Shown here in pieces: positions 37,811 through 47,565 of a stretch of 64,000 nt of DNA. A model generated the notes under the pieces. It did not search any database. It was not told the DNA's origin and saw nothing but the letters and a program-made list of their open reading frames with translations. Within the stretch, counting starts at the first letter, position 1. Each line of letters begins with the position of its first letter. Origin of the DNA: an uncultured Bacteroidota bacterium (lineage in GTDB: Bacteria; CLD3; SB21); the NCBI GenBank assembly GCA_964544475.1, contig CAZJBS010000009.1, positions 11,639-75,638 of the forward strand. The letters run 5' to 3'. Position numbers and translations under genes: made by a program.

Positions 37811-38586
37811 AAGCTACCATGTTTCGAATGGGCCTGGTGGCCGTACTCATAACTGCCGGATGGTTGGTCTACGGACGTGTGGCTGATTTCGTTATTCGGA
37901 AGGAAATCGACCGCGAGAATGAAGAAACTCTGAGAGATGCTATTTCCAAAAAGGACTCATCGGTCGCCCATGTCGCGATTTCCACCGGCCAAGCCTCAAT
38001 CAACCAGACATTGCCTGAAACAGCCTATTTGAACGTTCCGTTCTTTTGCCAGTCCCCCTTTCCTACGGAAGCAAGTTGGCATTTTCATCACGCCAGTTGT
38101 GAAGAGGCGGCCGCTCTTCAGGCCGTGTACTATCAGAAGGGCATGGATTCCGTTGATTTGAACGAAGTTGATAAAACGTTGCGGAACATGGTAGCGTGGC
38201 AGGAAAAGCACTTCCGCGTTCACAAAGACATTCATGCGGACAGCCTCAAGTTGCATTTGATGGGATTTTTCGACTATGAGGAGAATGAGATCGTCATTCT
38301 GCGTGACGCGACGATTGAGGACATCAAGAAATGGGTGGCCGATGGCTATCCGGTTATTGCGCCAACCTACGGTCGACTGCTGCGAAATCCCTACTACCAG
38401 AGGCCCGGTCCTGAGTATCACATGGTGACTGTCATCGGATACACCAGGGACCGCATCATAACCAATGATGTGGGCACAAAACGCGGTAAGGATTTTTCAT
38501 ATGAAGTAGATGTTTTCCGGAAATCGATGGAACGCGAGGGCGGGGATTGCATCGTGATTGCGAAGAAGCGAGATCGTGTCCCGTAG
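37804..38586 (+). CDS. C39-like cysteine peptidase family exported protein
   Basis: From ATG 37804: N-terminal TM; LNVPFFCQ...ASCEEAA (Cys), YHMVTVIGY (His), ITNDVG (Asp). The longer 37084 ORF only overlaps nnr. Confidence 0.75.
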   Translation: MVKATMFRMGLVAVLITAGWLVYGRVADFVIRKEIDRENEETLRDAISKKDSSVAHVAISTGQASINQTLPETAYLNVPFFCQSPFPTEASWHFHHASCEEAAALQAVYYQKGMDSVDLNEVDKTLRNMVAWQEKHFRVHKDIHADSLKLHLMGFFDYEENEIVILRDATIEDIKKWVADGYPVIAPTYGRLLRNPYYQRPGPEYHMVTVIGYTRDRIITNDVGTKRGKDFSYEVDVFRKSMEREGGDCIVIAKKRDRVP

Positions 38587-38597
38587 TCTTGTGTCGT

Positions 38598-39992
38598 TTA
38601 CGAACGGCCTTTTCTGTTCCACCAATAGTAAACCGGAATACCGGTAGCCACCAACCCAAGTCCCAGTCCCGAATTGCGCATATCGCCAACGAAAATGTAG
38701 GCTATGAATCCCAGTGACAGCGCGACATAAAAAAGCGGTACCATGGGATAACCCCAGGTGCGATAGGGTCTATCCATGTCAGGTTTCGTGTAGCGAAGGA
38801 TAAAGAGTCCGACGACCGTCAGCACATTGAACAACAGAGAGGCAAACGTCGTGTACGTCAGAAGATCGCTATACGTACCGCTGAGGGTGAGAAGAGACGC
38901 CCATGTCGCCTGCAACACCAGAGCGGCGACCGGCGTTTGAAACCTTCGGTGGAGATGTCCGATGCCATCAAAAAACAAACGGTCTTTGGCCATGGCGTAG
39001 TAGACTCTTGCGCCAGACAAGATCAAGCCATTGTTGCATCCAAACGTTGACACGAGGATGGCCAGGGCGATCAGCGTGACGCCAATCGGTCCCAAAATGG
39101 CTTGGGCCGCCGCTGCGGCGATGCGATTGTCGGGGACCGATGCCATGATATCGACGGGCACGACATAGACATACGCGGCGGTGGTGGCGGTGTAAACCAA
39201 CGCCGTCACACCAGTACCAACGATGAGAGCCAGGGGCAATGTCCGGTGCGGCATCCGGACTTCCTCAGCCACAAACGTGACGGAATTCCACGCATCGTAC
39301 GCAAAAAAAGCCTTCGACATGGCGACGGCAAACGCCGCGAGAAAGCCCATTTGCAGGGACTCATTGACCTGGGGCGTCAGTACTGGCGTAAAATGAGTCC
39401 AGGAACCATCTCCGATCAGAAAGGCCAGGATCACGAGCATGGTCAACGCGCCGACTTTGGTGACGGTGAAGAAATTCTGCACCATAGCGCCAAGGCGAAC
39501 GCCGAGAATATTTATGATTGTCAGCAGCCAAATACTGCCTATGCCGACCACCTGGGCCGAATTGACGCTCAGAAACCCATGGGTCCAGAGAACGTTCTTT
39601 TCTGAAAGGGCGGGTAGAAACACACCAAGATACTTGGCGAAAGCCACCGCCACCGCCGCAATGAAGCCGGTTTGAATGACCAGCAGCACCGTCCATCCAT
39701 AGAGAAATCCCAACAGCGGTGTATAGCTCTCGCGAAGATAAACATACTGTCCTCCCGCCCTGGGCATCGCCGCAGCCAATTCGCCATAGCTCAGACCTCC
39801 CAGCACGGTGAACGCACCCCCAAAGAGCCACATTAAGACAATCATGCCGGGTGTCTGTATGTATCCGGCCATGAGCGATGGCGCAATAAAAATGCCCGAT
39901 CCGATCATCGACCCGATAATAATCGTCGATGCATCAAACAGCCCGAGACCTTTCCGGAATGTCTCCGCCGTGGGTTGGTTCACGTCACTCAT
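38598..39992 (-). CDS. APC-family amino acid permease
   Basis: GSMIGSGIFIAP, YGELAAAMPRAGGQYVYL, FFAYDAW, RPYRTWGYP. Start set at ATG 39992. Confidence 0.93.
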   Translation of the reverse strand: MSDVNQPTAETFRKGLGLFDASTIIIGSMIGSGIFIAPSLMAGYIQTPGMIVLMWLFGGAFTVLGGLSYGELAAAMPRAGGQYVYLRESYTPLLGFLYGWTVLLVIQTGFIAAVAVAFAKYLGVFLPALSEKNVLWTHGFLSVNSAQVVGIGSIWLLTIINILGVRLGAMVQNFFTVTKVGALTMLVILAFLIGDGSWTHFTPVLTPQVNESLQMGFLAAFAVAMSKAFFAYDAWNSVTFVAEEVRMPHRTLPLALIVGTGVTALVYTATTAAYVYVVPVDIMASVPDNRIAAAAAQAILGPIGVTLIALAILVSTFGCNNGLILSGARVYYAMAKDRLFFDGIGHLHRRFQTPVAALVLQATWASLLTLSGTYSDLLTYTTFASLLFNVLTVVGLFILRYTKPDMDRPYRTWGYPMVPLFYVALSLGFIAYIFVGDMRNSGLGLGLVATGIPVYYWWNRKGRS

Positions 39993-41410
39993 TCTCCAAA
40001 TGGATATTTGACCAGGCCCTTGTCCCACCGGCCCAGGTAGTCATCCGTTTCCTTGCGGACAAGATTGGCGAGGAACACCAGCCCAATCAAATTGGGAATG
40101 GCCATTACAGCATTGCCAATATCACCAAGATTCCAAACGATATTGAGGTATCGGCCTTGAAGGACGGCTCCAAAGAAAACGAACAGGCAGAAAATGAGCC
40201 GATATGGTTTGACGGATTTCTGGCCAAACAAAAAGCGAGCGCCTTGTTCGCCGTAATAGGACCATCCGATCAAGGTGGTGAAGCCGAAAAGGAAACTGCT
40301 GATGCTCACCATGTATCCGCCCCATTCGGATCCCAGGTGTACCGCAAATGCCGTTTTAGTCAGTTCCGTGCTCGTCAGGCCCGTCTGACCGGGATGCAAA
40401 TTGGAAGACAAAATCACAAAAGAGGTCATACTGCAAACGATGATTGTATCGATGAATGTACCCATCATGGCCACAAGGCCCTGGGCAGCGCACTCATTGC
40501 CTTTGGCGGCGGCTGCGGGAATGGAACACGAGCCGATGCCGGATTCGTTGGATAACGTACCGCGTGAGATACCGAAGCGCATGGCCTCTTTGACGGTGTG
40601 ACCGGCCACACCACCGGCGATGGCTTCGCCGGAGAAGGCTGCTTGAAAAACCACCAGGAAGACCTCCGGAATGATGGCGTAATTGGCAAATATGACAAAC
40701 AACGAAGCCGTGATATAGACGACAATCATAAAAGGCACCAGTTTGTCAGACACTTCGGCAATGCGCGTCACGCCGCCAATCAACACGATCCCGCACAGAA
40801 TAGCCATACCGATACCACTGATGAAAAAACTGATACCAAAGTCGCTGTTGAGAGCGAGCGCCATCGAATTGGACTGGGCCATGTTGCCGCTGCCAAAAGT
40901 CGCCATCAGGATAACCGCAATGCCAAACCAAAGCGCGAGACCGCGACCGAGGTGCCTGTTGGAAAGACCCTCCTGCAGGTAGTACATCGCACCGCCACTG
41001 AATGTGCCGTCGGGCATTTTCTTCCGAAATTTCAGGCCCAGCAAAGCCTCCGCATATTTGGTGGACATGCCGAAAACGGCGGTCATCCACATCCAAAACG
41101 GCGCGCCAGGCCCGCCACTGGCAATGGCCGTGGCCACTCCGGCGATATTGCCATTGCCAACCGTGGCCGCGAGGGCGGTCATCAGAGCCTGATAAGGTGT
41201 AATGTCTCCCTGTCGGCCGGCAGATTCTTCTTTGGAACGCCCCATTACGGTGAACCGGATGGCCAGTGGCAGGCGACGAAGTTGAATAAAACGTGTCTTG
41301 AAAGTCATGTAGACGCCGGTAGCGCCAAGCATCAAGATCACCAGAGGCCACCAGATATGGTCTGCCATGAGCGTTGTGATGGCCAATACCTGATCAAGAA
41401 ATTCAGTCAT
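39989..41410 (-). CDS. AGCS-family alanine/glycine:cation symporter
   Basis: ALAATVGNGNIAGVATAI, GGPGAPFWMW, GISRGTLSNESGIGS, FIDTIIVC. Confidence 0.95.
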   Translation of the reverse strand: MTEFLDQVLAITTLMADHIWWPLVILMLGATGVYMTFKTRFIQLRRLPLAIRFTVMGRSKEESAGRQGDITPYQALMTALAATVGNGNIAGVATAIASGGPGAPFWMWMTAVFGMSTKYAEALLGLKFRKKMPDGTFSGGAMYYLQEGLSNRHLGRGLALWFGIAVILMATFGSGNMAQSNSMALALNSDFGISFFISGIGMAILCGIVLIGGVTRIAEVSDKLVPFMIVVYITASLFVIFANYAIIPEVFLVVFQAAFSGEAIAGGVAGHTVKEAMRFGISRGTLSNESGIGSCSIPAAAAKGNECAAQGLVAMMGTFIDTIIVCSMTSFVILSSNLHPGQTGLTSTELTKTAFAVHLGSEWGGYMVSISSFLFGFTTLIGWSYYGEQGARFLFGQKSVKPYRLIFCLFVFFGAVLQGRYLNIVWNLGDIGNAVMAIPNLIGLVFLANLVRKETDDYLGRWDKGLVKYPFGE

Positions 41411-41428
41411 CGCGGATCTCCGGTTGTT

Positions 41429-42808
41429 CTAGAATACCTGAATGCCAACAAATTTCTGAAGGACCGTTATTACAAACACCGTTCCGATAATGGCGGGATC
41501 AACGTAAAGAATCATGATGTTCAGGAATTTCTGGATGAATGATCCATGATAATTCGGATACCCTTGTGCCAATTCATCCGAGAGATTTTTTGTCTTCCAG
41601 CGATACGCGGTGAAAATGGAAATAAGGAATCCACCCAGTGGCAGGAATGTATCGCTGAAGATATCCGCCACGACCGTCAGAAAATCATGAGTGCTTCCTC
41701 CATACGAGATGAATTCAGTACACCATGCCACGGCACCGGTTGACAGCATGCTTGGAAGACCGATGGCGAAAATGATGGCCGCGAGTATCCATACTGCGTG
41801 CTTTCGTGGCCACTTCTTCTCATCAACCATATACGCAACCGGTACTTCCAATAATGATATCGTGGATGTCAACGCTGCAAAGCACAGGAGCAGGAAAAAG
41901 GAAGCTCCGATGAATCTTCCCATCACCGGGCCCATGTGCTCAAAGACGCCGGGCAGTGTGACGAAAACGAGACCCGGACCCGCCGACGGTGGCAGGTTTT
42001 GAAAGTAAACAAACGGAAATATCATAAGTCCCGCCAGGAAGGCCACGGCCGTATCAGAAAGGGTTACGATAGCGGCGGATGAAACGATGTTTTCATCCTT
42101 GCTAAGGTATGAGCCGTAGGTTATCAACGCCCCCATGCCAAGTGACAGCGAAAAGAAGGCCTGGGCAAGAGCTGAGTATACGGTTTCGGCAGTGACCAGA
42201 TCGAAATTGGGAACGAGGTAGAAAGACACGCCTGCGATGGCGTTGGGGAGCGTCATGGCGTAAACGATGAGCAGAACTAAAATGACGACCAGCGCCGGCA
42301 TCATGATCTTCGACCACTTTTCGATGCCCTTTTGAACGCCGCCAACCACAATAAGGGCGGTGGCCAACATGAAGGTCATGGAATAGAACAGGTTGTCCAA
42401 GAAATCCACCGTATAGCCGACGAAGTCCTTGGCCACGTCGAAATCGCCGGTCACCATGTGAAGAAAGTACCCGAATGCCCATCCGGCGACGACATTGTAG
42501 AAGGACAGGATCATGAAGCCGCATAGCACACCGAGGAGGCCCACCAACCCCCAGCGTTTTCCCGACAAAGAAACGAAGGCGCTGTAAGGGCTCAACTGGG
42601 TATGCCGCCCGATGGCAATCTCGCTGACCATGATTGGAAAACACAACACGAACGCGCAGATGACATAGATGACGACGAAGGCGGCGCCCCCATTGGCGCC
42701 GGTCTCATACGGAAATCTCCAGATATTTCCAAGGCCGATGGCCGATCCGGCGGCGGCGGCGACGAAGCCGATCCTGTTGGAGAAATTACCCCGTAATGGA
42801 TTGCTCAT
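41429..42808 (-). CDS. NSS-family sodium-dependent transporter
   Basis: AAGSAIGLGNIWRFPY, QAFFSLSLGMG, GPGLVFVTLP, ALTSTISLLE. Start set at ATG 42808 with SD GGAGG. Confidence 0.95.
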   Translation of the reverse strand: MSNPLRGNFSNRIGFVAAAAGSAIGLGNIWRFPYETGANGGAAFVVIYVICAFVLCFPIMVSEIAIGRHTQLSPYSAFVSLSGKRWGLVGLLGVLCGFMILSFYNVVAGWAFGYFLHMVTGDFDVAKDFVGYTVDFLDNLFYSMTFMLATALIVVGGVQKGIEKWSKIMMPALVVILVLLIVYAMTLPNAIAGVSFYLVPNFDLVTAETVYSALAQAFFSLSLGMGALITYGSYLSKDENIVSSAAIVTLSDTAVAFLAGLMIFPFVYFQNLPPSAGPGLVFVTLPGVFEHMGPVMGRFIGASFFLLLCFAALTSTISLLEVPVAYMVDEKKWPRKHAVWILAAIIFAIGLPSMLSTGAVAWCTEFISYGGSTHDFLTVVADIFSDTFLPLGGFLISIFTAYRWKTKNLSDELAQGYPNYHGSFIQKFLNIMILYVDPAIIGTVFVITVLQKFVGIQVF

Positions 42809-42991
42809 ACTTCCTCCGACATGGTTGTGTATGTGCGCGGTGTGACTTGGCTGCAAATCGTGCTGCGATTTCGCGGCAAAGACGCAACCACTGATGGACT
42901 TTCATGTGCAAGAGAACGGAAGGCCGGCGTCGGTCATAGACAGGTTGGATGCGCCAGGCCATATGATATGTCACAACCGAAGTGACGGGGT

Positions 42992-43020
42992 AGGATAACC
43001 ATTGGGAATAACTAAAGCAA
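42992..43020 (-). promoter_or_regulatory. Sigma70-type promoter for the transporter operon
   Basis: TTGCTT-N17-TATCCT, implying a ~175 nt 5' leader. Confidence 0.5.
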
Positions 43021-43563
43021 CACGATTATTAGTCTGGATAAAAGCGGGACGACATGGAGACGACCGGACGGTCCGTGGATCTTGGCTCGTAGTGTCATAT
43101 TTTCACATCTTCGCTATCGGGATGCCCTTCGAAAAGAAGAAAGTCCAGCCACAATCACACGTTGGTTGTTGGTCTGTAGGCTCACCTCGTATCGATCACC
43201 GCGGTTACTTTGGCGGACCAGCGAACGAATGTTAAGTTGATCAAATGTGCTGCCATCCACGGAAGGCAGCCGGATAATTTTCGACAAACCCCTCCACTGA
43301 ATCTTTGTCCGCTCAATAGGTTATGAACTCTCCTTGAACATGTGAACCACGTTCGCTATGCGAGATGCCAGGCAGTAATTGCACGACGCGATTGAGGTTC
43401 CTTGAAGAAATGTAGGGCGATATCAAATTCTCCAAAGTTCAAATCAGAGGACGACGGTTCATGGGGATCAAACGTCTTCATGCCAACGGCGGCGGGTGAA
43501 TGGTCCTGTCTTGCCACCTTTCGCAATACTGTATATTCCGCATCCTGACGTCGAACGCTGGCC

Positions 43564-45021
43564 CTATAGGCCCGAAAGAAGTTTTGTTGCCTTGGTTCTT
43601 ACAAAAGCATAATTCAGGCCGGGCAGACCGTTGAAATAAGCGGCTCGTCGGCCATATTCCTTGGCCCGTCCTTTGTCGCCCTTGGCCAGGCAAGCCATGG
43701 CCAGGCGGTACATATCGTACGGATTCTGACGGTTGGATTGTTCAAGTTCGAGAATGGCTTTGTCAAAGGCCTTTTCAGCAAACGCGATTGATCCTTCCAG
43801 TTGATGCGCTTGCCTGATTAAAAACAGATTCTGCCTGGCTTCAGCGCCACGACGAAATTCCACTGATTCCGCCTTCGCCTTTGAGAGGTCGTTCATCCCG
43901 AGAGCCACCATCGCCACATTGTAATGATGCGCAAGGTGGGTGTTCTTTTTTATGTCTTCCGAAAGTGTGGAAGCATCGGTCATTTCCACGATCTTGTCGT
44001 AGTTGACCAGCGCATCGCTCCATTGGCCCATTTCTTGTAGGATGATGGCCTTGAAGAAAAGATCTCCGGTCATAGCCGCCACGTCATTGGTTTTTTCTCC
44101 AAGGGCATATTGTTTGTCCAATGCCTTGAGGGCCAGGTCCAGTTTTCCGTCGTCCGCATACAGGACCGTTTGGGTAAACATGGCCGCCCGGCGCTCGCCA
44201 TCGGTGCGGGCCAGTTCCAGGGCCGTGGCGAGTTGAGCACGTCCACTGTCATGAAGGCCTTTGTACATGAAATTGGCAGCGATGGCCGAATGGGAGGCGG
44301 CAAAGTAAGGGTCAATCGCCAGTGCTTTCCGATACTGCGTGATCGATTCATCAAAACGCCCCATCTTCATCAACAATTCACCATATGAATCATAGGGGTT
44401 CGGATCATTGGGGATCAATTCCGTGTATTTCTTGAATACTTTTTCGGCTTCCTCGTAATTCTCTGCCTGGCGGTATGCGTAGCCCAGGATGTTGTAGGCC
44501 GGGGAAAAGCCGGGCGACAGCGCAATGCACGATTTGTAATGCTCAATCGCCCTCACATAATCCTGCTGGCCGAAATAGTATCCACCCATATTCAAATGAG
44601 CGCGCTCATCTTTAGGATACTGCGCAACCAATTTGCCAAGCAGATCTTTCTGCAGAGGGGCGTTGCCATTCGCGCCTGCCTCCGTTGCCAAAATCAGCAG
44701 GCGTTCGCCATCCGAAGCTTTGTCGGCAAAGGCTACGGCTTGGTTCAGGAAATTAAAGAAATCCGAACCCGTGAACGAAGAATTGGCACGCCCTAAGTAA
44801 GCGCTGGCAAACCCAGGATCCAGAGCAATGGCACGGTCATAATGTTCGATTGAATTTGTAATCAGGAGTTTTTCCGTCAAATCGCGTGCGATCAGGAACT
44901 CCTTTCGTGCGTCTTCCGATTTTGTCGTGACCGGGATCTTGCCATCGTCGGCCGCTTTCCTGGCGCAGCCAACCAAGCCTGTGAAAATAACAAACAGGGC
45001 CAGAAACCATTGACGAATCAT
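43564..45021 (-). CDS. Tetratricopeptide-repeat lipoprotein
   Basis: Lipobox-like LVGC; repeated TPR units (AYNILGYAY, PNPYDSYGELLMKMG, YRKALAIDP). Confidence 0.88.
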   Translation of the reverse strand: MIRQWFLALFVIFTGLVGCARKAADDGKIPVTTKSEDARKEFLIARDLTEKLLITNSIEHYDRAIALDPGFASAYLGRANSSFTGSDFFNFLNQAVAFADKASDGERLLILATEAGANGNAPLQKDLLGKLVAQYPKDERAHLNMGGYYFGQQDYVRAIEHYKSCIALSPGFSPAYNILGYAYRQAENYEEAEKVFKKYTELIPNDPNPYDSYGELLMKMGRFDESITQYRKALAIDPYFAASHSAIAANFMYKGLHDSGRAQLATALELARTDGERRAAMFTQTVLYADDGKLDLALKALDKQYALGEKTNDVAAMTGDLFFKAIILQEMGQWSDALVNYDKIVEMTDASTLSEDIKKNTHLAHHYNVAMVALGMNDLSKAKAESVEFRRGAEARQNLFLIRQAHQLEGSIAFAEKAFDKAILELEQSNRQNPYDMYRLAMACLAKGDKGRAKEYGRRAAYFNGLPGLNYAFVRTKATKLLSGL

Positions 45022-45170
45022 TTTTGGATCTCCATGTTTCGGTCGTCAGTTACATCCTGTGAGTTGGAACGGTCTTTCATACGCAAGAAGACCATTGGTG
45101 GTTTCGCAGGGCGTCGCCGTTACGTGCATATCGAAATTCCGTTGCCGTGTCGAAATTTCGAAGGTGCCGG

Positions 45171-45533
45171 CTATTTCGTGAACGTCAGAAGCAGCTTGAC
45201 GAATTTGCCCGGTTCGCCGCCCAATGTGATAGTGGCATGATAAGGTTGCAGCGCCTCGCCAACCTGGGGATTTAATGGCGGGAATTCCGATTCAGTAGTA
45301 AAGGCCGTGAAGCCCATCAGGTATCCCGTACTACTCATATTAAGGGAAACCTGCATGGGTTGGCTCGCCAGTTGATTGACGTAATTGATTGCGTAATTCA
45401 GGACCTTGACCAGCGGTTTATAGTCGTCGACTTCAAGCCGGCAATCAAACTCCAGAGCCAGATTGATTTCCATTTCCTTTTTCTCTTTGATCATCAGGAT
45501 GAGATCACGCAGATCGACTGTTTCAGTGGCCAT
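45171..45533 (-). CDS. Hypothetical protein resembling a degenerate HATPase_c domain
   Basis: Protein-like 120 aa ORF; N-box-like KVLNYAINY and terminal HATITLGGEPGKFVKLLLTF; no DxGxG or GxGLGL. Confidence 0.6.
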   Translation of the reverse strand: MATETVDLRDLILMIKEKKEMEINLALEFDCRLEVDDYKPLVKVLNYAINYVNQLASQPMQVSLNMSSTGYLMGFTAFTTESEFPPLNPQVGEALQPYHATITLGGEPGKFVKLLLTFTK

Positions 45534-45731
45534 GAGCGTCCTTCACTTGGTAAACATTACTTACTCACAATTACAAATAATTATCGAGGGAAACAAGGAG
45601 AAATCTATCGAGGATTCTGCATCAAGTTGATCAGCCAATCTGGTTCTTCAGCGGAAGGAAAGACATTGGCGTATGGTGACGTCGCTCATCCACGTATTGC
45701 GCAGCAAGATGGCCATCCAGGAAAGGAGTGA

Positions 45732-46730
45732 GTGACGTGCAAACACCTATCCAGCAAAGCCCTTGCTTTTGACCAAACTGGCGTGGAAATTGTTGGTGTG
45801 TTTGACGTACCTGAAATAACCGCAGGGATCAAAAGCGCAGCCATCAGATTAGGGTTCCACAAAGTGGGCGTGGCAAAAGCTGGGCGCGCCAGGACAGCCG
45901 GACTTTTGGAAGAATGGCTTGGCAGGGGCTATCATGGATCCATGGCTTGGATGAACAATGATCAAAGACCAGATCCGAGGACGTGGGTGCCCAATGCCAA
46001 ATCGGTTATTGCCGTCGCCCTCAACTACTACACCCCACATCGTCATCAACCCGGAACCGGTAAAATATCAAGGTATGCATGGGGTGACGACTATCACGAT
46101 GTCATGAAACAAAAGCTGGATGAACTGTGGCACTACGTCCGATCTGTTCTGCCGGATGTACAAGGGAAGCGCTGTGTTGACACCGCACCGGTCATGGACA
46201 AATATTGGGCGGTTGAGGCCGGAATCGGATGGCAAGGCAAGCACTCCAACGTGATCACGCGCGAGATGGGTTCGTGGATTTTTCTTGGCGAGGTCATCAT
46301 AGATCACGAATTGGAGTATGACAAACCGATTGGCGATTTCTGTGGAACTTGTCATCGCTGTATCGATGCGTGCCCCACAGACGCCATAGTGCAGCCATAT
46401 GTCGTTGATTCCAGAAAATGCATATCCTATATGACGATAGAGTCGAAAGAGCAGAGTCTGTCGCCGGAGCAAGCGAAATCGTTTGATAATTGGATATACG
46501 GGTGTGACATATGCCAGGATGTTTGTCCCTGGAATACGAAATATTCACAAGAAACTGATATTAAAGAATTTATGCCGCGATTTGAAAACATCGATCAAAC
46601 CTTGGAAAGCCTCAGCAAGCTTGATGAAGCGTCCTTTCAGTCACGTTTTCGTCGAAGCGCTGTAAAAAGAACAAAATGGAAGGGTCTTATTCGGAATGTA
46701 GTGGCACTCATCACGGCACGGCAAATCTGA
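45732..46730 (+). CDS. queG: Epoxyqueuosine reductase
   Basis: SRYAWGDDYH, VDTAPV, GWQGK, FLGE, CGTCHRCIDACPT, CISY, GCDICQDVCPWN. Start uncertain. Confidence 0.95.
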   Translation: MTCKHLSSKALAFDQTGVEIVGVFDVPEITAGIKSAAIRLGFHKVGVAKAGRARTAGLLEEWLGRGYHGSMAWMNNDQRPDPRTWVPNAKSVIAVALNYYTPHRHQPGTGKISRYAWGDDYHDVMKQKLDELWHYVRSVLPDVQGKRCVDTAPVMDKYWAVEAGIGWQGKHSNVITREMGSWIFLGEVIIDHELEYDKPIGDFCGTCHRCIDACPTDAIVQPYVVDSRKCISYMTIESKEQSLSPEQAKSFDNWIYGCDICQDVCPWNTKYSQETDIKEFMPRFENIDQTLESLSKLDEASFQSRFRRSAVKRTKWKGLIRNVVALITARQI

Positions 46731-46890
46731 ATGGACTGCTCTCCAGGCGAAACTGCTAAGACATTGCTTGACTTTTAGAAAAATATGTGTGAATTTCATT
46801 TTGTAAAAATTGACATTCAGACGGGCTGTTTCCGGAGAAGTCCACACCTTTTTGGCACCATCCACATTGATCAAGTTTAGAGGAGGCATT

Positions 46891-47487
46891 ATGGCGAAGA
46901 AGGCGAAGAAGGCAAAGAAAACGACCAAGAAACCAACCAAAAAGACGACGAAGAAGGCCGCAAGAAAGCCGGCAAAAAGAATGGCCAGAGCGACCGGCAA
47001 AAAGAAGGCAGGTTCGAAGGCCAGTGTAGCTGCGAAACTGGATCCGCAGGCTCTCATGGCGCGAGTGCAGGGCCGTGTCGAGGGCTTCATGAAGAAACTG
47101 TACAAATCCAATTACGAGAAAACCGATGACGGCAGGTTTCTCGTTTACCAGGGGTCAACCATTGTTCAGACGGTCATACGTCCGTGGCACGCCAACGATG
47201 TCGTCGTAGAATCGTTTGCCTATGTCGTGCAGGATTCCAAGTTGACCGAAGATGTGCTCAAGTTCCTGCTACGAGAGAATGCTGTAATCCATTTCGGCGC
47301 CTTCGGCCTGGGCTTTGACGGCACGATTACCTTTGCCCATTCGTTGGCCGGTGCCAACCTTGATGAAAACGAATTCAATGCCTCCATAAAATCCGTCGCC
47401 AGAATTGCCGACTACTATGACAACAAGATCGTCGAGATGGCCGGCGGCATGACCGCACGGGAGGCCATGAAAAAAGGCCTTTTCTAA
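46891..47487 (+). CDS. Histone-H1-like basic tail fused to a YbjN/CesT-like chaperone domain
   Basis: ATG 46891 with SD GGAGG; 20 of the first 40 aa are K/R; C-terminal FLLRENAVIHFGAFGL...FAHSL...VARIADYYD is YbjN-like. Confidence 0.75.
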   Translation: MAKKAKKAKKTTKKPTKKTTKKAARKPAKRMARATGKKKAGSKASVAAKLDPQALMARVQGRVEGFMKKLYKSNYEKTDDGRFLVYQGSTIVQTVIRPWHANDVVVESFAYVVQDSKLTEDVLKFLLRENAVIHFGAFGLGFDGTITFAHSLAGANLDENEFNASIKSVARIADYYDNKIVEMAGGMTAREAMKKGLF

Positions 47488-47510
47488 CAAACGGAAAACG
47501 GAATGGTATG

Positions 47511-47543
47511 AACCAGCGGAACTTCTGTTTCGCTGGTTTTTTG
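47511..47543 (+). terminator. Intrinsic terminator
   Basis: AACCAGCGGAAC-TTCT-GTTTCGCTGGTT followed by a T run. Confidence 0.8.
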
Positions 47544-47565
47544 TTTTGTCTTTCGAAAGCATTTC

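Noticed and set aside
42809-43563. Glycine riboswitch expected near an AGCS transporter
   Set aside because: No tandem aptamer signature seen on the minus strand.
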